From contig CAZPWM010000022.1 of assembly GCA_964590575.1 (NCBI GenBank), positions 911 through 39,838 on the forward strand: a DNA stretch of 38,928 bases, read 5' to 3'. The translations under genes and the position numbers were made by a program. Origin of the DNA: an uncultured archaeon (lineage in GTDB: Archaea > Asgardarchaeota > Thorarchaeia > Thorarchaeales > Thorarchaeaceae). The notes below the pieces were generated by a model. The model made no database searches and was not told the DNA's origin. It saw only the letters and a list, made by a program, of their open reading frames with translations. Within the stretch, counting starts at the first letter, position 1. Each line of letters starts with the position of its first letter. Below, piece after piece: positions 27,272 to 36,285 of this stretch.

Positions 27272-28210
27272 TCAAACCTCCACACACTCAATCATTTTTC
27301 CCCATTGGTTCATCGTCACGTTTCGAATGAAGCCTGCAGATTCAAGCATCTGATTCAGAGGGTCTGACACATCAATCTCAACCGCACATATCAGGTTCGG
27401 TTGATGCATCATCACGCGCCTTAAACCCTCTGAGAGGAGAGCTTCTTCTAGTCCAAGGTTTCTGAAATCAGGATGAGTCCCAAGTGCTTCCATTTCTGCG
27501 ATACCTGTCAGCGGATCCAATCGATACATGCAGAATCCGACGAACCTATCGGAATCATCAACCATGGCTAGATTAAGGTCTTGATGATAGAACTCTGCTT
27601 GTGTCATAAATCTCATTTTTTCTAAAGTCATATGCTGACGACAGTGATCGTAGACTGATCCAATCACTTCGATAAAATTGACATAGTCCTGTTCGTTTCT
27701 TAGACCTCTTATTGTGTATCCCTCTGGTAACGGGTTGTCAGGTATCGAAGCGTCCTGAGGGAATCCATAATTGTATTCGTGAAGACCATAATCTTCATAG
27801 CCCATTTCTGTTAGGACTTGGGCTCTCCTAGAATCAGGTCCTACTGTGTACATATACATTCGAGACCTTCCTTCACCAACAATGGTTCTCTCAAGCTTCT
27901 CAATCTCTTGAAACAAATCTTTCTCCATGAGTTTATAGTCTGGGTGAACCTCTATGTGGTAATTTGCTGCTGAGCCTCGATGAGACACAGCAATAATATC
28001 AGAATCGTCTTTGTTTGATACTCTCCAAATTTTAAATGCCTCATCATCCTTAAGAGAATAATTCGGACCGCACGGACCAAATTTCTGGTTCTCAACCTTT
28101 GTAGGAATCAGGTAATGGAGTGTGCCAGTTTGTTTGTAGATCTCTAGCAGAAACAAACGGACCTGATCCAAGTTTCTATCAAAACTGAATGGTCTTCGGA
28201 CTATCTTCAC
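27272..28210 (-). CDS. GNAT family acetyltransferase, tandem domains (cassette 2)
   Basis: EVHPDY and LGTHPDFRNLGL motif-A-like segments, ESAGF. GTG 28210 after GAGGT preferred. Confidence 0.8.
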   Translation of the reverse strand: MKIVRRPFSFDRNLDQVRLFLLEIYKQTGTLHYLIPTKVENQKFGPCGPNYSLKDDEAFKIWRVSNKDDSDIIAVSHRGSAANYHIEVHPDYKLMEKDLFQEIEKLERTIVGEGRSRMYMYTVGPDSRRAQVLTEMGYEDYGLHEYNYGFPQDASIPDNPLPEGYTIRGLRNEQDYVNFIEVIGSVYDHCRQHMTLEKMRFMTQAEFYHQDLNLAMVDDSDRFVGFCMYRLDPLTGIAEMEALGTHPDFRNLGLEEALLSEGLRRVMMHQPNLICAVEIDVSDPLNQMLESAGFIRNVTMNQWGKMIECVEV

Positions 28211-28309
28211 ATCTCTACCTCTTGAATTGACCTCTGTGTAGCTGATAAATAACACTGGAATTACGCAATATTATGATAGTACCCTAACAACGAGGTTGGG
28301 AAAAATAGA

Positions 28310-28337
28310 CCGGGTTCGAATCCCGGCGAGCGCACCA
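28310..28337 (+). repeat. tRNA-Gly 3' fragment 3 (positions 49-76)
   Basis: CCGGG-TTCGAAT-CCCGG-CGAGCGC-A-CCA. Confidence 0.9.
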
Positions 28338-28472
28338 CCTTCTGTTTCGCAATGATAGCGAAAATCTCAGTAGCCAGACTTCCAGTGCAAGATTGAAAAG
28401 GAAGGTGAGACCTAGTACTCTTTTGGCGAGTTGAGTTAGATGCAAAAGGGCACTCAAGAGTCATGTTTTAAG

Positions 28473-29558
28473 ATGCACCCAATATTGGTTGCACTTTCAG
28501 GGATACCAATGAAACTCACCTATGCGATGATATTCGTTGGCGTAATGACATATGCTGGATTCGTTCTGCTTACTCTGTTTACAGGACAGGTGGCGCAAGT
28601 CCTATTCTCTTTCATGCATCTGGTTCAATTGGACTTCTCGCTGCTTATTACAGTCGGACTCTTTTTCTTGCGTAGTTACTATACAATGCTTGACAAAACC
28701 CTCAGAGAGATTCGTTATGTGTTCGTGATTGATGACGATGAGTATGAGAGGTATCTTGAAAATTTGAACAAGAAGATGAGCGACACGCGAGGTTTTCTCT
28801 TAGGCCTTCCTTTTGTTATTCTTGCAGTGGTCTCAATTCTTCTCTTTGTAATGCCCAATATGCCCAATCCTCTGTTCCCTGTTGACCCGCTGTCACCCGT
28901 TTGGCTCTACATCTCTATGATTGAATTTAGTCTTATTATGCTTCCACTATTTGGAGTAGCAATCTGGCTTGGTGTTGTAGTAATGTCCGTTTCCAAAGAC
29001 ATTGGACGAAGACTGAAAATTTCCGTAGAACCAATCTCACCTGACCGGGCTGGAGGGCTCGTTTCTTTCTCCGAGGTGCTCTTGAGAGGTGTTTTCATGT
29101 ATTCCCTATTGCTCGTTCTTTTAATTCCCCTACTCGCCTATCTTGTTCACAATCTTAGTTTCATTAGTCCACTACTATCTCTAATCCCAACGACGGGGTT
29201 GACCTTAGCAATTGTGACCATTTGTATATTCTTTCTAGTGCCTCAGTATTACGTTCATAAGATTTTAGAAGAGGAGAAGAAAAAACACTTGTCTCAAGTC
29301 AGCAGAGAAGTCAATGCAGTGCTCTCTAACATGCGGAGTATACTCACTGCCTCTCCTCAGAAGTCTGATATTCCATCTCAACAACTTACGCTGGTAAGCC
29401 TTCAACTCACCACTTTCTTTGAACAGGTAGAAAAAATGAAGACATGGCCATCGACCCTTTGGATAGCCGCTAAGGCAATCAGCTCTCTGCTTATCATATT
29501 GCTCACGTTCTTTGTCAATCAATTCTTGTTCCAATACTTGGAGGCGGTCTTTGGTTAA
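28473..29558 (+). CDS. Multi-pass membrane protein (cassette 3)
   Basis: About 7 TMs, with PDRAGGL, FFLVPQYYVH and TWP motifs. Confidence 0.78.
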   Translation: MHPILVALSGIPMKLTYAMIFVGVMTYAGFVLLTLFTGQVAQVLFSFMHLVQLDFSLLITVGLFFLRSYYTMLDKTLREIRYVFVIDDDEYERYLENLNKKMSDTRGFLLGLPFVILAVVSILLFVMPNMPNPLFPVDPLSPVWLYISMIEFSLIMLPLFGVAIWLGVVVMSVSKDIGRRLKISVEPISPDRAGGLVSFSEVLLRGVFMYSLLLVLLIPLLAYLVHNLSFISPLLSLIPTTGLTLAIVTICIFFLVPQYYVHKILEEEKKKHLSQVSREVNAVLSNMRSILTASPQKSDIPSQQLTLVSLQLTTFFEQVEKMKTWPSTLWIAAKAISSLLIILLTFFVNQFLFQYLEAVFG

Positions 29559-29633
29559 CCATTCAATCTATTCGACCTTCAGCATTCTAATGGAGAGCAT
29601 CAGAGAGCAGTTGTTCGGACACTCTCAGCTAGA

Positions 29634-29657
29634 GTTCGAATCCCGGCGAGCACACTA
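29634..29657 (+). repeat. tRNA-Gly 3' fragment 4 (positions 53-76, degenerate)
   Basis: G-TTCGAAT-CCCGG-CGAGCAC-A-CTA plus a T tract, with two substitutions relative to fragment 3. Confidence 0.82.
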
Positions 29658-29663
29658 TTTCTT

Positions 29664-30605
29664 CTATCTTGGTTTACCATAGACTCGGATAGCGTTCTCC
29701 CAGTATAGTTTTTGAAGGACTGAGAGGGGTAGGTCAAGTCCGTTAATGAAGGTCCCACCTGAGTCTTTGGTGTCGGCATCCTCGAATGGCAAAGGTTCTC
29801 CTCGGACATCGATCTCCCATAGATATCTCTGAGCTAGGTATCTTGGACCAAAGTACTCCATGTTTCCACGGTTTGCTGACAGATCTGTGCCAAAGAGAAT
29901 TCTATTAGAGTACTTTACCAAAAATTCTCGCGCCCTCTTCACATCTTTACTAAGTTCTCGAGCCATCCATCGTGAAGATGCTGTATCTAGAATGACATTT
30001 GGAAATCGGTCCAACCAACCAGCAAGATTAGGAAGTCTATGTATCTCAGGCTGTGCTCCAAAATGTGGAATTTGAATTTTCACCCTAGGATGCCGCTCCA
30101 TCACAGCCTCCAGCTGGCTCAGATTATCCTCCTTTGTACCGTACTTGGATTCATCCTGATAGTGCAGATGAAAGTATGTGTCCGGGTCTGCTACATGAAT
30201 AATGATTGGAAGATTGTTATCTTCCAGTGCCTGAAATACAGGGTCGAGTTTGGGACTGTCAATCCTGAAGCCAGCAGGAACATCCTCAATATAGTCCCGC
30301 CATCGAGGACCAAACCAACACTTCGCAAGTGAATATCCCTCATCTTTTGTTCGAGAGATGTCATCGATGACTGGTTCAACATTATAGTGGGCGATATCTC
30401 TGAGCGACAGATACTTAGCAAATACAAACCTCTCAGGATATTTCTCTCTAGCATATTGGAATCCTTCCTTCGAGTGGACTATCCCAATCTGCGCAGTCAC
30501 ACCAAACTCATCTTCAATCTGGAGCATCTTGTCGAGCGTGTCAGGTTCTCCAATATGCGTGTGTGCATCAAAGAAAGGACCTTGATACTTCCAGTTGTCT
30601 GTCAA
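29664..30605 (-). CDS. Amidohydrolase family 2 protein
   Basis: FDAHTH, IIIHVAD, IPHFG, LDTAS, RILFGTD, WENA. Confidence 0.88.
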   Translation of the reverse strand: MTDNWKYQGPFFDAHTHIGEPDTLDKMLQIEDEFGVTAQIGIVHSKEGFQYAREKYPERFVFAKYLSLRDIAHYNVEPVIDDISRTKDEGYSLAKCWFGPRWRDYIEDVPAGFRIDSPKLDPVFQALEDNNLPIIIHVADPDTYFHLHYQDESKYGTKEDNLSQLEAVMERHPRVKIQIPHFGAQPEIHRLPNLAGWLDRFPNVILDTASSRWMARELSKDVKRAREFLVKYSNRILFGTDLSANRGNMEYFGPRYLAQRYLWEIDVRGEPLPFEDADTKDSGGTFINGLDLPLSVLQKLYWENAIRVYGKPR

Positions 30606-30742
30606 ATTGATCCAGTCTTTTCATTCTAGGTCCTATTGAAAAGGTGTTCTGTACCTGCCAACTTAGAACGGTAGAAAAATACTAAATTCCCATGTAATCC
30701 TATATTAGGAAATAGTATTCTAGGTCATTAAGAGGTTTAAAG

Positions 30743-31564
30743 ATGGATCAAGCCAGAAAGAAATTACTTCTACAGATTGGAAATTTGATAACTCCAATAG
30801 CATGTTTCCTAGTCATCGGATTATCAAATTTGGACTTCAGTACAGTCTTCAACAGCAGCTCGTATCCAAACCTTATCAATCCAGCACCAATCACTTTTGC
30901 AATATGGGGACCCATTTTCATCTTCCAAGGACTCTTCTACGTATATCAGGCTAGAGACCTCTTCAAATCATCAGAGAACAAGATTGACATGCCATATGTC
31001 CATGAGGTCAGCATCTTCTTTATGCTATCATGGATATCAACTACCATCTGGTATATTCTATGGGCTTCAGGTTTTGTATGGCCAGCAATCGCTGCAATGT
31101 ATGCATATCTTCTCTCTTCGCTTGGAGCATATCTGCGTCTAGGAATTAACAAGCGAGAGAGGCCTCTAAGAGAACATCTTTTCGTCACAGTAGCTTGGAG
31201 TATGCTTGCAGGATGGGTCACTGTTGCAACAATTGTGAACACTACGACAGGATTTGTATCACTGGGATTCAACCCTGCACCGATTGGAGAAGTAGGATGG
31301 ACAATTCTTCTACTGGCTGTGGTTCTGATAGTCTATCTCACTGTACTTCTTACTAGGAATGACTACGTCTTCACAAGTGTGGGACTTTGGGCTGTTTTAG
31401 GAGTATTGATTGAGAGTATGGATCCACTCAATACACCTCAACCATGGATAGCTCTCGTCTGTGCTTTTGGCATGACTATTCTTGTAACTGCCATGGGTAT
31501 CAAGAGTTTCTTACAGCAGGAAGCTAGAGAGCCGCAGCCTCTTAAGCAGAGTGAGAAGACTTGA
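30743..31564 (+). CDS. Tryptophan-rich (TspO-like) membrane protein
   Basis: INPAPITFAIWGPIF, GWVTVATIVN, multiple TMs. Confidence 0.7.
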   Translation: MDQARKKLLLQIGNLITPIACFLVIGLSNLDFSTVFNSSSYPNLINPAPITFAIWGPIFIFQGLFYVYQARDLFKSSENKIDMPYVHEVSIFFMLSWISTTIWYILWASGFVWPAIAAMYAYLLSSLGAYLRLGINKRERPLREHLFVTVAWSMLAGWVTVATIVNTTTGFVSLGFNPAPIGEVGWTILLLAVVLIVYLTVLLTRNDYVFTSVGLWAVLGVLIESMDPLNTPQPWIALVCAFGMTILVTAMGIKSFLQQEAREPQPLKQSEKT

Positions 31565-31639
31565 TTGTTGGAAAGCTGCTCTGATGAATACTTTATTTTG
31601 ACTCAAGCATGTTGAAACTCTCCCGCTTGGTGATAGTAT

Positions 31640-32206
31640 ATGAGAGCCATTGTACTCCATGGAAGTCCGCGGAGAGGAGGTAACTCGGACACTCTGGTGG
31701 ACTACTTCCTTCAGGGTCTAAAATCGACTGGTGAGGTCGAGGTGTTTAATTTCATACTGAATGATATGAGCATCAGACCATGTCAAGGATGTGAGTCATG
31801 TATGACATCGGAGGGACACAAGTGCGTCATTGACGATGACATGCATCAGATCTACTCTGTCTTTGCTGATGCAGACATCATTGTCTGGGCAACTCCAATG
31901 TATTGGGGATATATGACGGCTCAGATGAAGATAGCATTGGACAGAATGGAGGCCTTAGCTATGGATCCTGAGAAATACTGGGTTGACAAGGAGTTTGTTG
32001 CAATCCTCACATATCGTCATCACTACCAGTCAACCATTGGTTTCTTTGAACGGGTTCAGGACTACTTTAGGTTCAATTTTAACTCGGTGTTGTATTGTTC
32101 AAAAAATGAAACTGGTCCAGAGGACTTTCATGTATCCTCGAATAAAGAGAAATTAGATGAAGCATATATCCTTGGAAAGCGACTCGGAATCAAGACCATT
32201 GCATGA
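31640..32206 (+). CDS. Flavodoxin-fold iron-sulfur flavoprotein
   Basis: GSPRRGGNSD, PCQGCESC...C..DDDM, ATPMYW. Confidence 0.9.
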   Translation: MRAIVLHGSPRRGGNSDTLVDYFLQGLKSTGEVEVFNFILNDMSIRPCQGCESCMTSEGHKCVIDDDMHQIYSVFADADIIVWATPMYWGYMTAQMKIALDRMEALAMDPEKYWVDKEFVAILTYRHHYQSTIGFFERVQDYFRFNFNSVLYCSKNETGPEDFHVSSNKEKLDEAYILGKRLGIKTIA

Positions 32207-32237
32207 ACAGTTTTTAGGTTGATTACCGAACTAATTT

Positions 32238-33086
32238 GTGAAGAGGTCCTCAGCGATGAATACAGTTGCACTGCTGAAATACAAAGACGGTGTCAATAAA
32301 ACACTACAAGAGGGCCTTGTATATATTGGTGGTTTTGGCGTTCTAGAGTCACCTGTTCTTGTAAAACCGAATATTTGTACAATATCTGACGACACCGGAT
32401 ACTCAGTCACGCGTATTGAAACTGTTAGAGCGTTGATTGAGTTACTGATGAAGACTAACAAGAATCTGTCAATCAAAATCATAGAGTCTGACAGCGAGAG
32501 TAAGTTTGTACAGGAGGCTTTCCAGAAATTTGGATACACTCAACTCTGTGAAGATATGCAAGGTTCTGGATTCGATGTCAGCACAGTGGATCTGAGTAAG
32601 GCATCATTGATGGCAGTGGAATTTAATGGTGATTACTTTGAGAATCCAGAGCTACCGGAGATACTTCTCAATGCAGGTTACTTCATCTCAGTGGCTGTTG
32701 CTAAAACACACTATCTATCGTTCATCACAGGCGTGTTGAAGAATCTCTTTGGAGTTCTCCCGAGGAAGAACCAAGCCTTCTACCATTCTAAGATAGATGA
32801 AGTGATTGCAGATTTGGCGAGAATCATTAGACCAAACCTTAACATTGTGGATGCAAGAGTGGGTATTGAGGGATGGAACGGTCCTAATACAAGGAAACTT
32901 GATGCGTTCATAATAGGTCATGGAGCAGTATCAGTGGATGCAACTATGGCACGGATTATGGGTTTTGAACCTGAACAAATCCGTCATGTCATGGAGGCGT
33001 ACAAATATGACCTTGGGAGTATTGTTCCCATAGTTCTTGGTGAAACTATCGATTCAGTGGCTGTAAAGTTCAAACCTCCAAAATGA
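32238..33086 (+). CDS. DUF362 domain protein
   Basis: VLVKPN, AKTH...TGVLKNLFG, H...P.LNIVDA, VSVDA. Confidence 0.85.
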   Translation: MKRSSAMNTVALLKYKDGVNKTLQEGLVYIGGFGVLESPVLVKPNICTISDDTGYSVTRIETVRALIELLMKTNKNLSIKIIESDSESKFVQEAFQKFGYTQLCEDMQGSGFDVSTVDLSKASLMAVEFNGDYFENPELPEILLNAGYFISVAVAKTHYLSFITGVLKNLFGVLPRKNQAFYHSKIDEVIADLARIIRPNLNIVDARVGIEGWNGPNTRKLDAFIIGHGAVSVDATMARIMGFEPEQIRHVMEAYKYDLGSIVPIVLGETIDSVAVKFKPPK

Positions 33087-33108
33087 AGCGAAGATTTGTA
33101 TGTGACAG

Positions 33109-35121
33109 TTATGTGTCTATCCAACCCTCGAACTTCCTCTGAAGTGTCGGGGTGTATACTTTTCTCCAATCATAGTCAACTCGGTCACACCACTTGTAGA
33201 CGATTTTTGGGTGAATATACGACTTGAGTGAGGTGCCCAGATTCCAGGTGCGACAGTCCTTTGCAAGAGCAAAATCAACCTCAATCTTTCTCTTAGCGAG
33301 CTCTGCCTTCTTCACGCGCTCCTTCGCGGTCTCAACAGCTCTCTCTCCTACGACTAATCGTTTTGCTGATTGTTCCTTCCACTCATTGAATGTTTCCTGT
33401 TGTTTTTCCAAGGAAATCTTGCTCTTTTGGTGTCGTTCTCGAGCACTCATGAGACCAGCTTCAGCTTTGTCCAAACGTTCTCGAGTACGATCAATTCGCT
33501 CCTGAGCATCGTCCAATCGTTGTTTCTTGGTAGACTTTCCTTTTCGACTACTTGTTCTGGTACGACTCTTTTGGGACCGCGCATTATCCCAAGTCACTTT
33601 AGCTTTGCCACGTTTCTCCCGCCATAACCGGACTGATGCCATATTGTTCTCAACAGACGTCTTCTGCTTCGTGATTCGTTCTTGTTTTCCTTTTCTTGCC
33701 TCATCTTCTTTTTTCTTGATCTTGCGAAATCGTGCCTGTGCCTCTTTGAGCTGAGTTGTGGCTTTCACAATCCTGACTTCGGATTTCTTGATGCGTTCTT
33801 TGTATCTCTCAGCACTACGATTCCATCCCGGTGGAGCTTGTTTGGTATGGTTCATCACACGTGCAACTTCGAGATTAGCGCGTCTGAAAGCCTCCTTCTT
33901 GACAAATTCAGGGTCCACTTTCCGTGCCTTGCTAGTCTTGAGCTCTTCACGCATGGTCACAGATGCATGATAAGTCCTGAACACCTTGGCAGAGAGCTCG
34001 GGGTAGACCTCACTAAGGAATCGGTTTACATGAGTACTTCTGATAGTTGGGAAAATCTGAGCGATCTTTTTTGGATCCCCTCGAGTCTTCTTACTCTTCC
34101 TGCTTTCGAAGGAGGCAACTCGCTCTGTTGCGTTGTCGTATAGTTCCTTCAACACATCATATACTTCCGAGGGCATCTCAAGTTCCTTATGCCACTGAAC
34201 GCTATCCTTACCAAGAAAATCAAAGACCACAGATGAGTCATGGAATGTCAGATGCTCAACCCTGAGAGTTGTGGCTCCAACTGTATCAGCTTCCTCGGGG
34301 TCTTTCTCATCACCCACTCGTAGACTGAGGTTGTCAATCAGATAGCATGCAGCTGCGACCATTCTTCTCTGAAGCTCATCTGACCGTAGACCGTCCATGA
34401 TGTGTTCACGGATTTCTTCGATTCTTCGTTCCACTTTCAGTGCCTTATCGAACTTTGCTGCTTCACGTTCTTGTTTTATCGGAGTGCTATCATGCAGCCA
34501 AATGTACTTCACTTTACTAGTCAGTTCATCTGTCCACTTTGCAATCCACATGGTGTCAGGAGCCCAGACAAGTTCTCCCCATTCACCCTCTAAGTTTGAT
34601 ACACCCTCTGGGCTTATGTTTAGCGTGATGTCCTTCTTTGTAGCACCCTGCTTCCAGCGCCCTCTCAGGGGATGTTCACCACGTCCCATGAAGATACCCG
34701 ATGGTTCAGTCTGGTAGTTTCCAAGCTCCATTCTCTCACCATCAACAAGTGCATGACCATAGTGCTCTTTCAGTTGCTCTCGAATCGTTTTTCGTTCTTC
34801 ACTTTCAACCTTCTTTTGTTCTGAGGTCATGCTTTCCTTTACTTCACGCTCTTCCTGAACTACACGAATCACTTCACTGAAATCGACCTCATCCACTTCC
34901 AAATCCAGACTTATTCCAAGAGCTTTACTGAAATCAGTCATGAAGTTCTTTGCAAAGACCGGATCATCAACGTAGGAAGTGCCTAGTTTTTTGACCCATG
35001 CAACAGCCATCTCTTCTTGAAGCTGTGAAAGTGTTATCTCTTCCTCTCGTGCTTTGATGGAAAGTCCACGAGGTGGAGGTGGGTCGATAACAAGAATGCC
35101 GTTGTGTATCAATGATTCCAT
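33109..35121 (-). CDS. DNA topoisomerase IB, eukaryote-like, with a very long linker
   Basis: EPSGIFMGRGEHPLRG, LRVGDEKD, DTVGATTLR, FLGKDS, AKVFRTY, NH, and LGTSLKSYI (catalytic Tyr). ATG 35121 preferred. Confidence 0.93.
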   Translation of the reverse strand: MESLIHNGILVIDPPPPRGLSIKAREEEITLSQLQEEMAVAWVKKLGTSYVDDPVFAKNFMTDFSKALGISLDLEVDEVDFSEVIRVVQEEREVKESMTSEQKKVESEERKTIREQLKEHYGHALVDGERMELGNYQTEPSGIFMGRGEHPLRGRWKQGATKKDITLNISPEGVSNLEGEWGELVWAPDTMWIAKWTDELTSKVKYIWLHDSTPIKQEREAAKFDKALKVERRIEEIREHIMDGLRSDELQRRMVAAACYLIDNLSLRVGDEKDPEEADTVGATTLRVEHLTFHDSSVVFDFLGKDSVQWHKELEMPSEVYDVLKELYDNATERVASFESRKSKKTRGDPKKIAQIFPTIRSTHVNRFLSEVYPELSAKVFRTYHASVTMREELKTSKARKVDPEFVKKEAFRRANLEVARVMNHTKQAPPGWNRSAERYKERIKKSEVRIVKATTQLKEAQARFRKIKKKEDEARKGKQERITKQKTSVENNMASVRLWREKRGKAKVTWDNARSQKSRTRTSSRKGKSTKKQRLDDAQERIDRTRERLDKAEAGLMSARERHQKSKISLEKQQETFNEWKEQSAKRLVVGERAVETAKERVKKAELAKRKIEVDFALAKDCRTWNLGTSLKSYIHPKIVYKWCDRVDYDWRKVYTPTLQRKFEGWIDT

Positions 35122-35294
35122 GTAGAAGCCTCGTCTTCTGTCGTCAGCAACCAGTGTTAACAAAAGTATTGCGCTATCGACTCCTACCAAAAGCGTGAAT
35201 CAGACACAGCACTGAATATCTCAGAGTGAACCCCGAAGATGAAGAGGCACTTCAACTTCAAGCATGTGTTTCTCTATTCTAGTGGAAAAAGAAA

Positions 35295-35371
35295 TGGTGC
35301 GGCCACCGGGATTCGAACCCGGGTTACGAGCTTGGAAGGCTCGGATCATAACCAGGCTAGACTATGGCCGC
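35295..35371 (-). tRNA. tRNA-Gly(TCC), intronless
   Basis: GCGGCCA/TGGCCGC, CGAGC-CTTCCAA-GCTCG, CCGGG-TTCGAAT-CCCGG, CCA. Confidence 0.96.
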
Positions 35372-35506
35372 AGTCATCGGAAGACGGGTGTCAGTGGTTA
35401 CGATTTAAGAGTTATGATAGAGTGGACCAAACTAGACAGATTAGTGATATCTGAAAAAGCATATTACCACTATTGCTCATACGCATATCTAAGGAGTGGA
35501 GTAATC

Positions 35507-35920
35507 GTGCAAACAAGTGGCTTCGACCCTATTTTATTCATTCTAGCGGTTTTTGGTTTCGTGATTGTTTTCGGGGTATATGGATATTTTAAAGGATTAT
35601 TATGGTTCCAGCAAGATAGTGCAAAGAGATCTGAGAGTTTGCTTGCCTCATTTAACGCGAGAGACGAAGCGAGCGGAGGGTGGTTCCGTAGGTTTGGGAG
35701 GGTACTCGTCGTCCTGCTTTTTATAACCCTGATATCCTACCCGGTTGTAACGAATCTGATTGTGCTTTCACCATTCCAATTATTCATCTTTATTTTTGTG
35801 TTTCACTTTCCCTCTGAACTAATTCTGCTCATCATTTTAACAGTAATATACTGGAGAATCCGTAAGCAGCCTGTACCTGAAAAAGGTAGTCCAGACCAGA
35901 CAGATGAGCCGGCCCATTAG
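35507..35920 (+). CDS. Hypothetical membrane protein
   Basis: Three TMs. GTG 35507 after GGAG avoids the tRNA overlap. Confidence 0.65.
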   Translation: MQTSGFDPILFILAVFGFVIVFGVYGYFKGLLWFQQDSAKRSESLLASFNARDEASGGWFRRFGRVLVVLLFITLISYPVVTNLIVLSPFQLFIFIFVFHFPSELILLIILTVIYWRIRKQPVPEKGSPDQTDEPAH

Positions 35921-36051
35921 CGCAGAGCATATCTAGACTATGGCCGCTGGAGAGCAAATCACTCAGGGCGCCGATTTAAGGATATTGTTCAGGTGGTGCG
36001 GAAATCTTACAAACTCACGAGTGAATAGTCAATATGTAGCCTGTGACCTTT

Positions 36052-36285
36052 ATGAATCGATTTCGTTATACGGTGCCCGCACTTCTAATACTGGGTATAA
36101 CTGCAGTCGTAATAGCAGGCTTTAACGACGGAGTAGGAAATAACCCATCCTCAAATATCCCTACTATCATTGTCGGTGTGTCTATGATACTTCTAGCAAT
36201 CATTCTATCAGTTGTATCTAAACGAGAATATCTTGATAGGATTGAATCAGAAACCCAGCCATTCGCAAATCAGCTTCTCAAGTAG
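36052..36285 (+). CDS. Small 2-TM membrane protein
   Basis: Two hydrophobic helices. Confidence 0.55.
   Translation: MNRFRYTVPALLILGITAVVIAGFNDGVGNNPSSNIPTIIVGVSMILLAIILSVVSKREYLDRIESETQPFANQLLK

Noticed and set aside
28261-28464. 67-aa ORF (also 29600-29809)
   Set aside because: Antisense to tRNA fragments or overlapping a better-supported gene (VRSPGFEPG artefact).
26607-29657. CRISPR array
   Set aside because: The repeats are tRNA 3' ends, the intervals are 0.6-1.3 kb genes, and there are no cas genes.
29664-33086. Continuation of the cassette array beyond fragment 4
   Set aside because: No further tRNA fragment was found by eye between the amidohydrolase, TspO-like, flavoprotein and DUF362 genes.
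35264-35506. N-terminal extension of the 218-aa ORF
   Set aside because: It is the antisense reading of tRNA-Gly(TCC) (MVRPPGFEPG). The real start is probably GTG 35507.
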